Translations under genes and position numbers: made by a program
Shown: positions 48,344 through 57,590 of the stretch, in pieces
Numbering within the stretch: the first letter of the stretch is position 1
Layout: the number at the start of each line of letters is the position of its first letter
The notes under the pieces: generated by a model
The model's input: only the letters and a program-made list of their open reading frames with translations
What the model was told of the DNA's origin: nothing
The model's database searches: none
Assembly: GCA_038882975.1 (NCBI GenBank)
Contig: JAVZNE010000005.1
Span: 1-64,000 of the forward strand
DNA: 64,000 nt
Reading direction: 5' to 3'
Origin: Candidatus Bathyarchaeia archaeon
Lineage (GTDB): Archaea; Thermoproteota; Bathyarchaeia; Bathyarchaeales; Bathycorpusculaceae

Positions 48344-49159
48344 TTAAACCCTATCCTTAAAAGACCCGAATGCTGCTTGCCTTATTTCAGCCTTAAACCT
48401 TTCCGTATCCATGAAGAAGGTATATATTGGCTTGGCATTTACAACAAGCCACCAGTTTCCCCGCTTTATTGATTCTTCAGGCTTTTCCCACTCGTTTATC
48501 ATCTCAATTTTTATGTTGGGCAGCGTCTCCCTAATCATGGCTTTTATTCTCTCCGCGAATGGATAGGAAAACTGACACTTTTGACCATAAAATATTACTG
48601 CTTTACCAGCATCCTCCTCCAGAGGCTCATATTTCGCCTTTGGAACTGGTTCGTATTCGCCATCCATGGGAAAATACATAGCGTTTCCTTCACCTGTCGG
48701 AATAAAACCATATTTTTCGTAAAATTTGGGCATTGGGAGAAGCTCGCCCGTGTTAAAGGCGTTGGCCAAAATAAACTTGCATGGTTTATTGCCAAGACAA
48801 GATTTTCTCTCCTTGACATCTTTAATAACGCCTTGCAACAACATTCTGCCGAGTCCCAGTTTTTGTGCCTCTGGTGTTGGGTTGTAAATGCAGTTTATGA
48901 AGAGGACGCCTTCACGCTTAGACGCCTTTGCTTTGTCAGCCACCTCCGGATAGTATAAGATTTGGGCTGCCGGTTTATCATTGTGGTAGGCGATTTTTGC
49001 ACAAGAACCATACTCGTCAAGCATTTCTCCAAGCCAAAGCCTCTTAAGCCTAACACCTTCTCTATGGACTGGATCTTCAAGCCTTTTAGAAGAGCAAACA
49101 TAAATAACGTCGTCTATGTTTGAATCTTGGAGATTTTCAATTCTCAATTTATCATGCAT
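48344..49159 (-). CDS. GNAT N-acetyltransferase with YoaP-like C-terminal domain
   Basis: INCIY...QKLGLGRMLL, FYEKYGF, QC-like motif followed by thioredoxin-like tail. Confidence 0.8.
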   Translation of the reverse strand: MHDKLRIENLQDSNIDDVIYVCSSKRLEDPVHREGVRLKRLWLGEMLDEYGSCAKIAYHNDKPAAQILYYPEVADKAKASKREGVLFINCIYNPTPEAQKLGLGRMLLQGVIKDVKERKSCLGNKPCKFILANAFNTGELLPMPKFYEKYGFIPTGEGNAMYFPMDGEYEPVPKAKYEPLEEDAGKAVIFYGQKCQFSYPFAERIKAMIRETLPNIKIEMINEWEKPEESIKRGNWWLVVNAKPIYTFFMDTERFKAEIRQAAFGSFKDRV

Positions 49160-49742
49160 GGCTTTTGCCTTGCCTTCGGCTCTCCGCCATTTCCTTTATA
49201 ATCTCGTCAACAGTCATTATTTTTGCGTTGTAGACATATTCCAAATACTTTAAGCCTTGCTCATGATCTTCTTGTGTGAAGGATTCCACGCCGTCCTTTG
49301 CCACAATTATTTTGTAGCCTCTGAAGAAGGCGTCTGCAGCCGTGTGCCGCACGCAAATGTGCGTGTGTAATCCACCCAAAACAACGGTTTTTACACCTTC
49401 ACCATTATACAAGCTTCTTAAGAGCGGGTCTAGTCCAGTCTCGTAGAAGCCGCTGTAGGTTCGCTTCTCCACAACAAAATCCTTCTCCGTGGGCTTTAGT
49501 TCTGGAATAACATCGGCGCCCTTGGTGCCCTTTATGGCGTGTTTACCCCAGCGGTGAACAACCTCAAAATCGTTAGGATAATGGGCATCATTACTGTAAA
49601 TAACTGGGACGCCATATTTGCGGGCAGCCTCCACAAGCCTCTTAAGATTAGGAATTATGTGCTGTGCTCTCTCACACTTCAAATCGCCGGTGACAAAATC
49701 ATTTAGCATGTCAATTATTATAACACACATTCTCTCGGACAT
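49152..49742 (-). CDS. Isochorismatase/nicotinamidase family cysteine hydrolase
   Basis: IIDMLNDF, DAH, EKRTYSGF, GLHTHICVRHTA.DA; start placed at ATG 49742. Confidence 0.9.
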   Translation of the reverse strand: MSERMCVIIIDMLNDFVTGDLKCERAQHIIPNLKRLVEAARKYGVPVIYSNDAHYPNDFEVVHRWGKHAIKGTKGADVIPELKPTEKDFVVEKRTYSGFYETGLDPLLRSLYNGEGVKTVVLGGLHTHICVRHTAADAFFRGYKIIVAKDGVESFTQEDHEQGLKYLEYVYNAKIMTVDEIIKEMAESRRQGKSHA

Positions 49743-49771
49743 GCTTAACACCCTTCGCACTTCATAGTTTG

Positions 49772-50896
49772 TCATTTCCTCTTTCTAAAGATTTTGACTC
49801 CATCCATATCACATACGTATTCGAAGCCAACCTCTACGAGCCTGCAAGCCTCTTCAACAGTTTTAGCTGTCCTAACATAGAATTCATCGTTTGTGTTTTG
49901 GAATATTGCTTTTTCTATCGTTATATAAACTAACGTATTCTGGATGTTTCTGTGTCCCAGCAGCTCTTTGACATGTATTATATCTTTGGTTTTGTGGTAT
50001 TCCATGGTGCCTTTCCAATGTCTGAAGGAATGGAAGCCAATTTTTAGAAGTCTTGGATTGCCAAGCTTAAAGGCTAATTGTTTTCTACGTCTGTAAAATG
50101 TTGTTTGAGCTACGTTTCTTGACGGAAAGAGCTTCTCGCTTTTCTTTGGAAGCCTATTTAGCATCATTATGGCTGTTTCGCTCAGTGGAAGTATTCTTGG
50201 AAAGCTCCCTTTTTCTGGAGTGATGCGGACCGTTCGCCTTTCAAAGTCTATGTCCGTCCATTTAAGCTTTAAAGCTTCGCCGACTCTCATGCCCGTTTCC
50301 TTTAACAGTTGAAGCAGAGCTGAAAGGGTTTTACTGGAATTCGCTATTAGTAAGTCAAGCTCCTGCTCCGTTGGAACAAATGGGATTTTACATGACACTT
50401 TATATTCTGGCTGCTGCCATGCAATTCCTAAATAGTCGTAGAAGCCCTTAAGGACTGTTGAATAATTATGCTTTGAAGTTTCGTTCATGTTGGCTTTTGT
50501 TAAGAATTCTTTAACTGCTTCAGGCTCTAAGAGGTCGGTTTTCTTGGCTAGATACTCAAGCTTCTGCTTGTAGTCTCTGATTGTAAAGGCAGACCTACCC
50601 ATTTTTTGAAGATGCCACAAGAATTGGAAGATTTTCCCTTTAACGTCAAAGCCTGCTTCTGTGGCTCCCGCCTCCTGCTTTTCCCTTTGCCCTTGGGCTT
50701 CCACCAAAAGCTTAACCGCCTTTTGGTGTGCATCACCATCACTTTTTGTGACCAAGCCATCATATGGCTTTCTGGTTTCGCTAAACCGGAAACAACAGTT
50801 TCTGCATAAATATCGCTGAACACTCGAGCCGTCTGCTAAATAGCGATAGCCGTCTTTGTAGAGGAGCGGTGAGCCACATTGCGGGCAGCAAAGCAT
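49772..50896 (-). CDS. Tyrosine recombinase/integrase with N-terminal Zn ribbon
   Basis: CPQCGS..QRYLCRNC, TGMRVGE, HSFRH, LLGHRNI.NT.VY (R-H-R-H-Y catalytic set). Confidence 0.95.
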   Translation of the reverse strand: MLCCPQCGSPLLYKDGYRYLADGSSVQRYLCRNCCFRFSETRKPYDGLVTKSDGDAHQKAVKLLVEAQGQREKQEAGATEAGFDVKGKIFQFLWHLQKMGRSAFTIRDYKQKLEYLAKKTDLLEPEAVKEFLTKANMNETSKHNYSTVLKGFYDYLGIAWQQPEYKVSCKIPFVPTEQELDLLIANSSKTLSALLQLLKETGMRVGEALKLKWTDIDFERRTVRITPEKGSFPRILPLSETAIMMLNRLPKKSEKLFPSRNVAQTTFYRRRKQLAFKLGNPRLLKIGFHSFRHWKGTMEYHKTKDIIHVKELLGHRNIQNTLVYITIEKAIFQNTNDEFYVRTAKTVEEACRLVEVGFEYVCDMDGVKIFRKRK

Positions 50897-50923
50897 TAGA
50901 GGTTATGCCTCTTTCGTTTAATC

Positions 50924-51259
50924 TTAGCGCTTTTTCCTTCCCACTGTGGAGCCGTTTTTGAAAGTCCAGTAGAACCAGCCGTCTCTGGTAAGCTTGCCAT
51001 TGTGGTTTGCTAAGTCTTTCAATAAAGCCTTAAACTCCGGATTATTAACGTCTTCGCTCCTCTCAAACTCGCCCCTAAAGCCTTGAGCCTTCTCCCATTT
51101 TATTTTGTCAGGGTTCCATGAAAATTTCGGTTTAGCCTTGTCTTCACTAACGCCTACAAGTTTAGCAATTTGCTGTTTCATTCTAATAATTGACGCCTCT
51201 AGCGAGTCTAGGAAATCGCAGAAATCCTCGAGGAAAATTTCAAAATCTTCAATATTCAA
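50924..51259 (-). CDS. Hypothetical protein (element 2)
   Basis: 111-aa ORF co-oriented in the integrase operon. Confidence 0.75.
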   Translation of the reverse strand: MNIEDFEIFLEDFCDFLDSLEASIIRMKQQIAKLVGVSEDKAKPKFSWNPDKIKWEKAQGFRGEFERSEDVNNPEFKALLKDLANHNGKLTRDGWFYWTFKNGSTVGRKKR

Positions 51260-51365
51260 CGCAGTTCACCTCGCTAACATGTTGGCTTCTGCAATATGGA
51301 CAAGGCCTTAAGCCAGCAGCTTGGAAGAGTCTTCCACAAGCATTGCACACATAAAGCCTCAACAT
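51249..51365 (-). CDS. 38-aa zinc-ribbon protein, absent from the ORF track
   Basis: MLRLYVCNACGRLFQAAGLRPCPYCRSQHVSEVNCVEY; CxxC...CPxC; GAAGGTGA SD upstream. Confidence 0.7.
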   Translation of the reverse strand: MLRLYVCNACGRLFQAAGLRPCPYCRSQHVSEVNCVEY

Positions 51366-51429
51366 TTTCACCTTCTTTTATGGTTTGGAAATAAAAAGGT
51401 GGGATGTGGAAGCTGTTGCCTCTAACATT

Positions 51430-51717
51430 TCAGTAGGCCTCGTTAATCCATCCAATAGGCTCTTTCAGCAGGCTTTGAGGAACTTTCAAGTGGATTTTGC
51501 CACCATTGTCTTTGTAGCCGTGTTTCTTGACGCTTTCCAATGCTTCTTTGCCTATTACGCCTAAGCGGTAGCGTTTGCCTTGATATTCAACCTCGAAAAT
51601 TAAGGCGTCTAACGTTCTGGATTCTTTAGGCGGACTTAGCAGCAGGCAATCGACAAGCGCAAGCCCTAAATCCTCGTCTGACAATCCTTGTTTAGGCGTC
51701 TCCTCCTTTTTCTCCAT
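51430..51717 (-). CDS. Hypothetical protein (element 2)
   Basis: Likely start MEKKEETP at 51717 after GAGGTGA. Confidence 0.7.
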   Translation of the reverse strand: MEKKEETPKQGLSDEDLGLALVDCLLLSPPKESRTLDALIFEVEYQGKRYRLGVIGKEALESVKKHGYKDNGGKIHLKVPQSLLKEPIGWINEAY

Positions 51718-51727
51718 AAAATTCACC

Positions 51728-52621
51728 TCATGGCCGGGAAGACTCGTTTCGAGTCTCCCTTTCAGCCTCACCTTTAATGAGTAGCAAAACCTTGTCATAC
51801 TCCTCCGAGTGAACCTTAATCCACTTAACGTCCAGTCGTGAAAGAAGCCTTCCACAATAATCGCATGTCATATACTCCGTCTTTCTAGGTTCGGCTTCAG
51901 GCTTCAAATCGTCTGGACCTAAAGGCTTGAAGCGTTTACCCTCTTCCAAAGCCTGTTTGAGGTTGGTTGTTATGCCTAAATCCTCATCCGTTAATGGTTG
52001 TTTTTCTTGTGATTCTTGTTTGATGATCAAACTTTGAGTCTCTGCCTTGATAGGTGCAGTTTCGTCTGGCTTCTCTTTATATCTTGTTTCTTCAGATTCT
52101 TGTTTGACAGTCAAACTTTTCTCATAAGCCTGTCTGATTGTAAGTGAGCCTTCCTTAACTTTTCCAAGCAAATCCTTGTTTTTAGCTACCGTCAAAAGCA
52201 TGCTGACATAGCCTTTAGACATATGCAAGTTGTCAGCTATCTCTTCGATCTTCATACCATTTTTCTGAAGGTTGAGAACAAACTCGGCTAATTCTCCAAC
52301 GTTAACTTTGCCTCTTAAAACGTTAAGCTTAGCGCTATGGAGGATAGCGTCTTGTTTTGAGCCTTTTACAACATAGGCTTGAATCAAAGTTTTGCCTTGA
52401 CTTTTAAGGGCTTCAAGCCTGTTTTGGCCGTCTGCAAGCCAGTAAACGCCATCCTTATCCTCACAAACATGGATAGGCTGAATGACGCCTTCGGCCTTTA
52501 TGCTTTCCTCAAAATCGCTATGATCGTCGAAGTGGCTGTGGAGCCTACCCTCTGGAATTTTTATGTCGGTCACTTTAAGCCACCTCAAACTTGGTATGGC
52601 ATCCTTTTTCATTCTCGCCAC
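51728..52621 (-). CDS. ParB/Srx-like domain protein with HTH and C-terminal Zn-finger-like motif
   Basis: SIKAEGVIQPI.V, LADGQNRLEALK, IEEIADNLHMSKGYVS, CDYCGR. Confidence 0.85.
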   Translation of the reverse strand: MARMKKDAIPSLRWLKVTDIKIPEGRLHSHFDDHSDFEESIKAEGVIQPIHVCEDKDGVYWLADGQNRLEALKSQGKTLIQAYVVKGSKQDAILHSAKLNVLRGKVNVGELAEFVLNLQKNGMKIEEIADNLHMSKGYVSMLLTVAKNKDLLGKVKEGSLTIRQAYEKSLTVKQESEETRYKEKPDETAPIKAETQSLIIKQESQEKQPLTDEDLGITTNLKQALEEGKRFKPLGPDDLKPEAEPRKTEYMTCDYCGRLLSRLDVKWIKVHSEEYDKVLLLIKGEAERETRNESSRP

Positions 52622-52893
52622 TCGCCCTCTGTAGATCCAAGGGGTTTGGCAAACCGCTTAGCCATCTCGTCCATCCATTTTTGATCTGCGTCTTTCTCGC
52701 CTATTGTTGAACGCCTCTCAGAATAGAAGGCAATAATACGATTGGCGTCTTTGCTTACTCCGGTTACCCAGAACTCTAAGCGATAAAAAATGCCGTGCTT
52801 GTCAAGCCCTTTAATATAAAAGCAATGGTGCACAGGCTTTGAAGGATCCAACCTGTTTTTAAATTCATCGTAATCGAATAGGATTTCCCGCAT
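52609..52893 (-). CDS. Hypothetical protein (element 2)
   Basis: Likely start MREILFD at 52893 just after the upstream stop; overlaps the ParB-like start. Confidence 0.7.
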   Translation of the reverse strand: MREILFDYDEFKNRLDPSKPVHHCFYIKGLDKHGIFYRLEFWVTGVSKDANRIIAFYSERRSTIGEKDADQKWMDEMAKRFAKPLGSTEGEWRE

Positions 52894-52897
52894 ATTT

Positions 52898-53158
52898 TTA
52901 CACCTCAGCCTTTTGCTCAAACCGCAAAAGTAGATCCTTTTTGAGAATGTCCAATCCTTCCAAAACTTTGTGAATGTCGGCATCCTTTCTTACGAGCAAG
53001 ACGCAGTTAGCGTTTATAAAGAAGGGTATTTCGTCCCTGCCTTCACAGCCTACTTCTTTCCTCAAAATTTTTGGTAAATAGCCGTAGCCACGTGGATCAG
53101 TAATCTTTATTACGCCTACAGGTCTAAGGCTTTCTTTTACCTTAACCATCCCATGCAC
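52898..53158 (-). CDS. Small AbrB/SpoVT-like protein
   Basis: DPRGYGYLPKILRKE...NCVLL...V..GL.IL..DL, similar to 3184-3402. Confidence 0.7.
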   Translation of the reverse strand: MHGMVKVKESLRPVGVIKITDPRGYGYLPKILRKEVGCEGRDEIPFFINANCVLLVRKDADIHKVLEGLDILKKDLLLRFEQKAEV

Positions 53159-53213
53159 CTACAAATTTTTTAAGCGTCAATTACGTGTATTTGATAAATG
53201 GTGATAGTAACAT

Positions 53214-53687
53214 TTGTTGAAGCGCGAATCAACATTGAGCCAAAGGTTGATGAAAATCTCCAAAAACGGATGGAAATTGTTGAATGCTTTATATGATACC
53301 TATAAGAAAGGCGTTCCATACCTTAGCCAAACAGAGTTGTGCAAATACGCGGATTTAGATAGAGCAACCGTCTCCAGGGAAATTAAGAGATTAGAAAAAC
53401 TTGGATTCGTAAACATAAGACGGGAAGGGAGGCGTCCTTACGTTTCAATGTCTGGCTTAGCCCACGAGCTTTTTAGAGAGCCGGTCGAAGAGGTTGTTGA
53501 AAGAAGTCTATACCAGCTTATCCAGGAAAGTGAAAATATGGTCGACGAATATGTTGGGAAAAAGTTAATGTTGCCGCCATTAAACGAGGTGCGCAAAAGG
53601 CTTGAAGAAATTTTTGGGCTTCCTCCCCTAGAAGAAAAGCTTAAGGAAAAATTAAGAGAACCCCGGCAAACAAAGAACTTTCAATAA
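53214..53687 (+). CDS. MarR-like winged-HTH regulator
   Basis: LSQTELCKYADLDRATVSREIKRLEKLGFV.IRREGR. Confidence 0.85.
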   Translation: MLKRESTLSQRLMKISKNGWKLLNALYDTYKKGVPYLSQTELCKYADLDRATVSREIKRLEKLGFVNIRREGRRPYVSMSGLAHELFREPVEEVVERSLYQLIQESENMVDEYVGKKLMLPPLNEVRKRLEEIFGLPPLEEKLKEKLREPRQTKNFQ

Positions 53688-54176
53688 TGCACGTCTACTG
53701 AAAGCTCCTTTATTTAGTCACGGTATGTGCTTTACGAGATTTTAAGCTTGTAAAACGCCTCGTAAAGCTGCAAGTTTTGAATTATAGCTGTCGTTGTTCG
53801 CAGGACCTCAAATTCGCTCGTAGTGCTTGCTTGTTCTTGAACTATTCAGTCGCAATGGAAGCATTTATGCATGGCTTACACCTAATAGGCATTATTAGCT
53901 GTATATGCTAGCACGGTATGCCTATTCTTGAATGCTTGCTCTAGCCTATAGGGGGTGGGGGTTTCATTCTAGGGATTGAAATTCATGCATAGGAAATCGA
54001 GAGTTGATAACGTAGCATGTAACGGATACGATGACGAATGCGTCAACGCATGATTGCTTGTATATCTGCGTTATATGCGAAAACACACTCGATAACGGGA
54101 ACCGATGCAAACCCTCGATGATATTAAATTGCCTAGGAGGAGGAGGTGGGGCCCGCATAAAATGCTAAAAATGGGC

Positions 54177-54428
54177 TTATGGCTCATGTTGTCCAAGGCT
54201 AGCTTCAACGGACCCTTCTTCGGCTTGTCCAACGAGCTCCCGTAGCTTTTCCTTAACGGCTCCCTTATCAGCCTCCGAAAGCTCATTCAAGAGCTCAAAG
54301 CCCTTACCCTCAACTATGATCTTTCGCAGAACAGCCTCACACCTTGCTTTACAATCAGCCCCAACCATTTCACAAGCATCCCTAGCTATCTCCTCAGCCA
54401 TTAAACCGGCAATCTCCTCTTCACTCAT
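54177..54428 (-). CDS. Hypothetical protein (element 2)
   Basis: 83-aa ORF, ATG after GAGGTGA. Confidence 0.65.
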   Translation of the reverse strand: MSEEEIAGLMAEEIARDACEMVGADCKARCEAVLRKIIVEGKGFELLNELSEADKGAVKEKLRELVGQAEEGSVEASLGQHEP

Positions 54429-54493
54429 ACATGGATCACCTCAACAAAAATTATTTCAGCCAAAAAACTTAAATTTTGCGCTTATTTTTCAAA

Positions 54494-54694
54494 AAAAGCA
54501 ATTTTTCGGTTACTGTTAAACGAAGCGAAAGAATACTATTCTTTCCCCAAACTCAAAGTGTTTTTGCACGCGCAAGCGCCGACAGCACGACGCAACAATA
54601 GTATTGTTGCGCCTCGCTTAATAGGCGTTAAACGAAAAACCAAAAACAAACGAAACAAAAACGCGAAAAAGCCAAATAAAAGCATTTTCGGTTA
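54494..54694. repeat. Cluster of palindromes and direct repeats
   Basis: gaaagaata-c-tattctttc (54527-54545), cgcaacaata-g-tattgttgcg (54591-54611), gttaaacgaa twice, aaaagca(at)ttttcggtta twice. Confidence 0.7.
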
Positions 54695-54948
54695 GACGTT
54701 ATTAATGGAATAGCCTTGAAACCTCAATATTTTGGAAAGTGTTTCACAAAGTCCGAAGGGTGTAGTTGGAGTTGCGGTGGAAATGGGACTATTCTTATCC
54801 GCGTTGTGGTAGGAGTTGAGAAATTATTGGAGTATTTGAATATTATACTTGTAGAAGATGTGATGGTCAGGGGTGAGGTTACGTGTTCAAGATATGGAGG
54901 GATGTGGAGGAATAGTTGAAATATGAGTCTAATACGCGTATATGAGGT

Positions 54949-54966
54949 TTTTCCGTAAAATTTAAG
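54949..54966 (+). promoter_or_regulatory. BRE/TATA promoter motif, copy 1
   Basis: ttttccgtaaaatttaag, 48 nt before ATG 55014. Confidence 0.65.
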
Positions 54967-55013
54967 CGAACATTCAACCTTAATAATATTTTGCAAACGA
55001 AGGAAAAAGGAAA

Positions 55014-57587
55014 ATGAAGAAAATTGTTCCCGCTGTAACGTTGACTCTGATTTTAATAAGCACATTATCAGTAATGTTTAACATTAAACCAGTTAAGAGC
55101 GAGTGGACTGAGCCCGTCTACATTAGAGTTGATGGAAGCGTGGACCCTCCGAATGCACCGATTATAGCATTAAACTCTAATACATACGTACTTACTGATA
55201 ACATTAAAGTTCCGTATAAAGGCAAAGGCATCGTGATTGAAAGGGATAACATTATTCTAGACGGCGCAAATCATAAAGTAGAGGGAGTAGCGGCTGAGGA
55301 AGGATCTTTTGGAATATATGCTCCGCAAAGGGTAAACGTAACAATTCGGAACTTAAAGATTGAAGTCCTTTATTATGGAATCTACCTTTGGGGCTCCTAC
55401 AATAATATTATAACTCAGAATAATTTTTACGAAAATGGATATGGCATTTACATGAGTTACTCTTACAACAACGAAGTCTCGTTAAACTATATAATAAATG
55501 AAGGCAAGTTTGGTATTGGCATATATTTAAGTAATTCTGAGAATAACGAAATTTATGGGAATACCATCAGAGATAATATTTATGGTATTATGCTCTCCTC
55601 ATCTTCAAAAAACAACATGATATATGATAACGATCTTATAAATTGCGGGGTATTCATTGACGATTCCTATGAAAACGAGATTACTGATAATCGAGTGAAC
55701 TATAAACCTTTAGTTTATTTAAAAAACATTTCAGATATTTTAGTTAAGAATGCTGGACAGGTCATACTTATAAAGTGCAACCGAATACATGTGGAAGGAC
55801 TTAACTTGTGTAATGTCACACCTGGCATATACTTGTTACAAACTAATAATTCTATCATTAAGAAAAATACACTGAATAATAATTTTTACGGTATCATTCT
55901 CGACAGATCTTGTGGCAATACTGTTGTCAATAATTTCATATTAGATCAACGTTGGATTGGAATTTACCTGGTAAACTCCGATAGAAATGAGATTCTTAAA
56001 AATGAAGTCACAAGAGCCTATTATGGGATTAGATTAATTGACTGTTCTAGTAATATCATATCGGAAAATATAGTTAGTGAGATTACACCTTTTGACGGCA
56101 TATGTGTGGCAGGAAATTGCTTTTTCAATAATATTTCAGATAATACAGTGATGAATTGCGGGGTGGGTATAAACATTGCATCCGATATGGGCACCATTTC
56201 AAGAAACATTTTCTTAAATAACGACTATGGCATTATTATCTATAACGCGGTTGCTAACAGAATATATCACAATAAATTTATTAATAATTCTGTGCAGGCA
56301 GAAACAGGGCAATCATCTAATGATTGGGATAATGGCTATCCTTCTGGAGGTAATTATTGGAGTGACTATCGAGGCGTCGATATGAGGAGTGGCCCTAACC
56401 AGGATCAGCCTGGAAGTGATGGCATAGGTGATACCCCATATGTTATTGACAGTTTCAACATTGATCGTTATCCATTAATTCTTCAAATTACCGATGAAAC
56501 TCCCCCAATCACTTCTCATGATTACGATAATTTATGGCACACCTCAGATTTTATCGTTACCTTAACTGCCGTTGATGACCGTAGCGGAGTAAAGGAAACA
56601 TTTTATAAGATTAATAATGGGCCAACCATGAGCGTAAGTAGCAACGGGCATCCTAGATTTACAATGGAAAGTGCAAATAACACGCTAGAATATTGGAGCG
56701 TTGATAATATGGGCAATGAAGAGCAACATAAATTCCTAAACGGAATAAAATTGGATAAAACTCCACCGTCTATTTCAATAATAGCTCCGCTGGATGGCAC
56801 CGTTTTTTCCGAGTCAACTATCATTTTCAATGTCTCAGCAAGTGACCACATAAGTGGGGTAAGCAAGGTGGAGCTTTATATTGATGGACAACTGCGAGGG
56901 GATATGTATTATGACGGAACACAATATACTTTAACAGTTCCATCCATAACTGAAGGAAGTCATATCTGGTATGCTAAAGCCTATGATAATGCAGGTTGGA
57001 CAGCCATTACCCCCATAACAACTTTTACAATTCATGTAATCGAGGTTTTGACTGGAAATTTAAGCGTAAATGTTAGAGATTTGGATGGTAATCCCATTAT
57101 AGGGGCAACCGTATTATCATTTGTTCAACCGAGCGGTCAGCAAATTTTAAGTGGTATCACAAATTCACAGGGATATGCCCTGTTTGATAATATAATCGCT
57201 GGGTCATATGTATTTGAGATAAGTAAGCAAGGGTATCAGACAGTAATTAAGGAGGCCAGGGTATACCCAAACCAAACAACCAGTGTCATCGTAAATTTGG
57301 CACCATTAATAAACCAAGAAAAGCCTTCCGACCATACACCGCTATACTATGTTGGAGGCGTTATAGGATTGTTCGCTGTTATTACAATTACCTATTTTCT
57401 AATAAAGAGAAAGCCCAGTCAGCACCATCCATCCCTGAAAAATACAGCCCAAAGCTCTGAAACTCAAAAATATCGACGGTATTTAGAAAAACTCGAGGAA
57501 AAATACAGGAATGGAGAAATTTCGGAAGATGTCTATCAAAAGTTGAAGCGCGAGTATCTTGAAAAGCTGCGAGGTTATGAGGAATAG
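55014..57587 (+). CDS. Surface protein: NosD/parallel beta-helix + Ig-like + carboxypeptidase-regulatory-like domains, TM, SHOCT-like tail
   Basis: Signal peptide, YGIYL..S.NN.I repeats, GGNYWSDY..DGIGDTPY, DKTPP, SVD..GN, TM, GEISEDVYQKLK. Confidence 0.88.
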   Translation: MKKIVPAVTLTLILISTLSVMFNIKPVKSEWTEPVYIRVDGSVDPPNAPIIALNSNTYVLTDNIKVPYKGKGIVIERDNIILDGANHKVEGVAAEEGSFGIYAPQRVNVTIRNLKIEVLYYGIYLWGSYNNIITQNNFYENGYGIYMSYSYNNEVSLNYIINEGKFGIGIYLSNSENNEIYGNTIRDNIYGIMLSSSSKNNMIYDNDLINCGVFIDDSYENEITDNRVNYKPLVYLKNISDILVKNAGQVILIKCNRIHVEGLNLCNVTPGIYLLQTNNSIIKKNTLNNNFYGIILDRSCGNTVVNNFILDQRWIGIYLVNSDRNEILKNEVTRAYYGIRLIDCSSNIISENIVSEITPFDGICVAGNCFFNNISDNTVMNCGVGINIASDMGTISRNIFLNNDYGIIIYNAVANRIYHNKFINNSVQAETGQSSNDWDNGYPSGGNYWSDYRGVDMRSGPNQDQPGSDGIGDTPYVIDSFNIDRYPLILQITDETPPITSHDYDNLWHTSDFIVTLTAVDDRSGVKETFYKINNGPTMSVSSNGHPRFTMESANNTLEYWSVDNMGNEEQHKFLNGIKLDKTPPSISIIAPLDGTVFSESTIIFNVSASDHISGVSKVELYIDGQLRGDMYYDGTQYTLTVPSITEGSHIWYAKAYDNAGWTAITPITTFTIHVIEVLTGNLSVNVRDLDGNPIIGATVLSFVQPSGQQILSGITNSQGYALFDNIIAGSYVFEISKQGYQTVIKEARVYPNQTTSVIVNLAPLINQEKPSDHTPLYYVGGVIGLFAVITITYFLIKRKPSQHHPSLKNTAQSSETQKYRRYLEKLEEKYRNGEISEDVYQKLKREYLEKLRGYEE

Positions 57588-57590
57588 TCG

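Noticed and set aside
54146-54158. ggtggggcccgca as an att copy of the tRNA-Ile2 3' end
   Set aside because: Inverted orientation, one extra base and too short a match
53964-55065. Short ORFs 53964-54158, 54071-54286, 54316-54519, 54716-54919 and 54724-55065
   Set aside because: No convincing SD or motifs, mutually overlapping; probably noncoding, though 54716-54919 cannot be excluded
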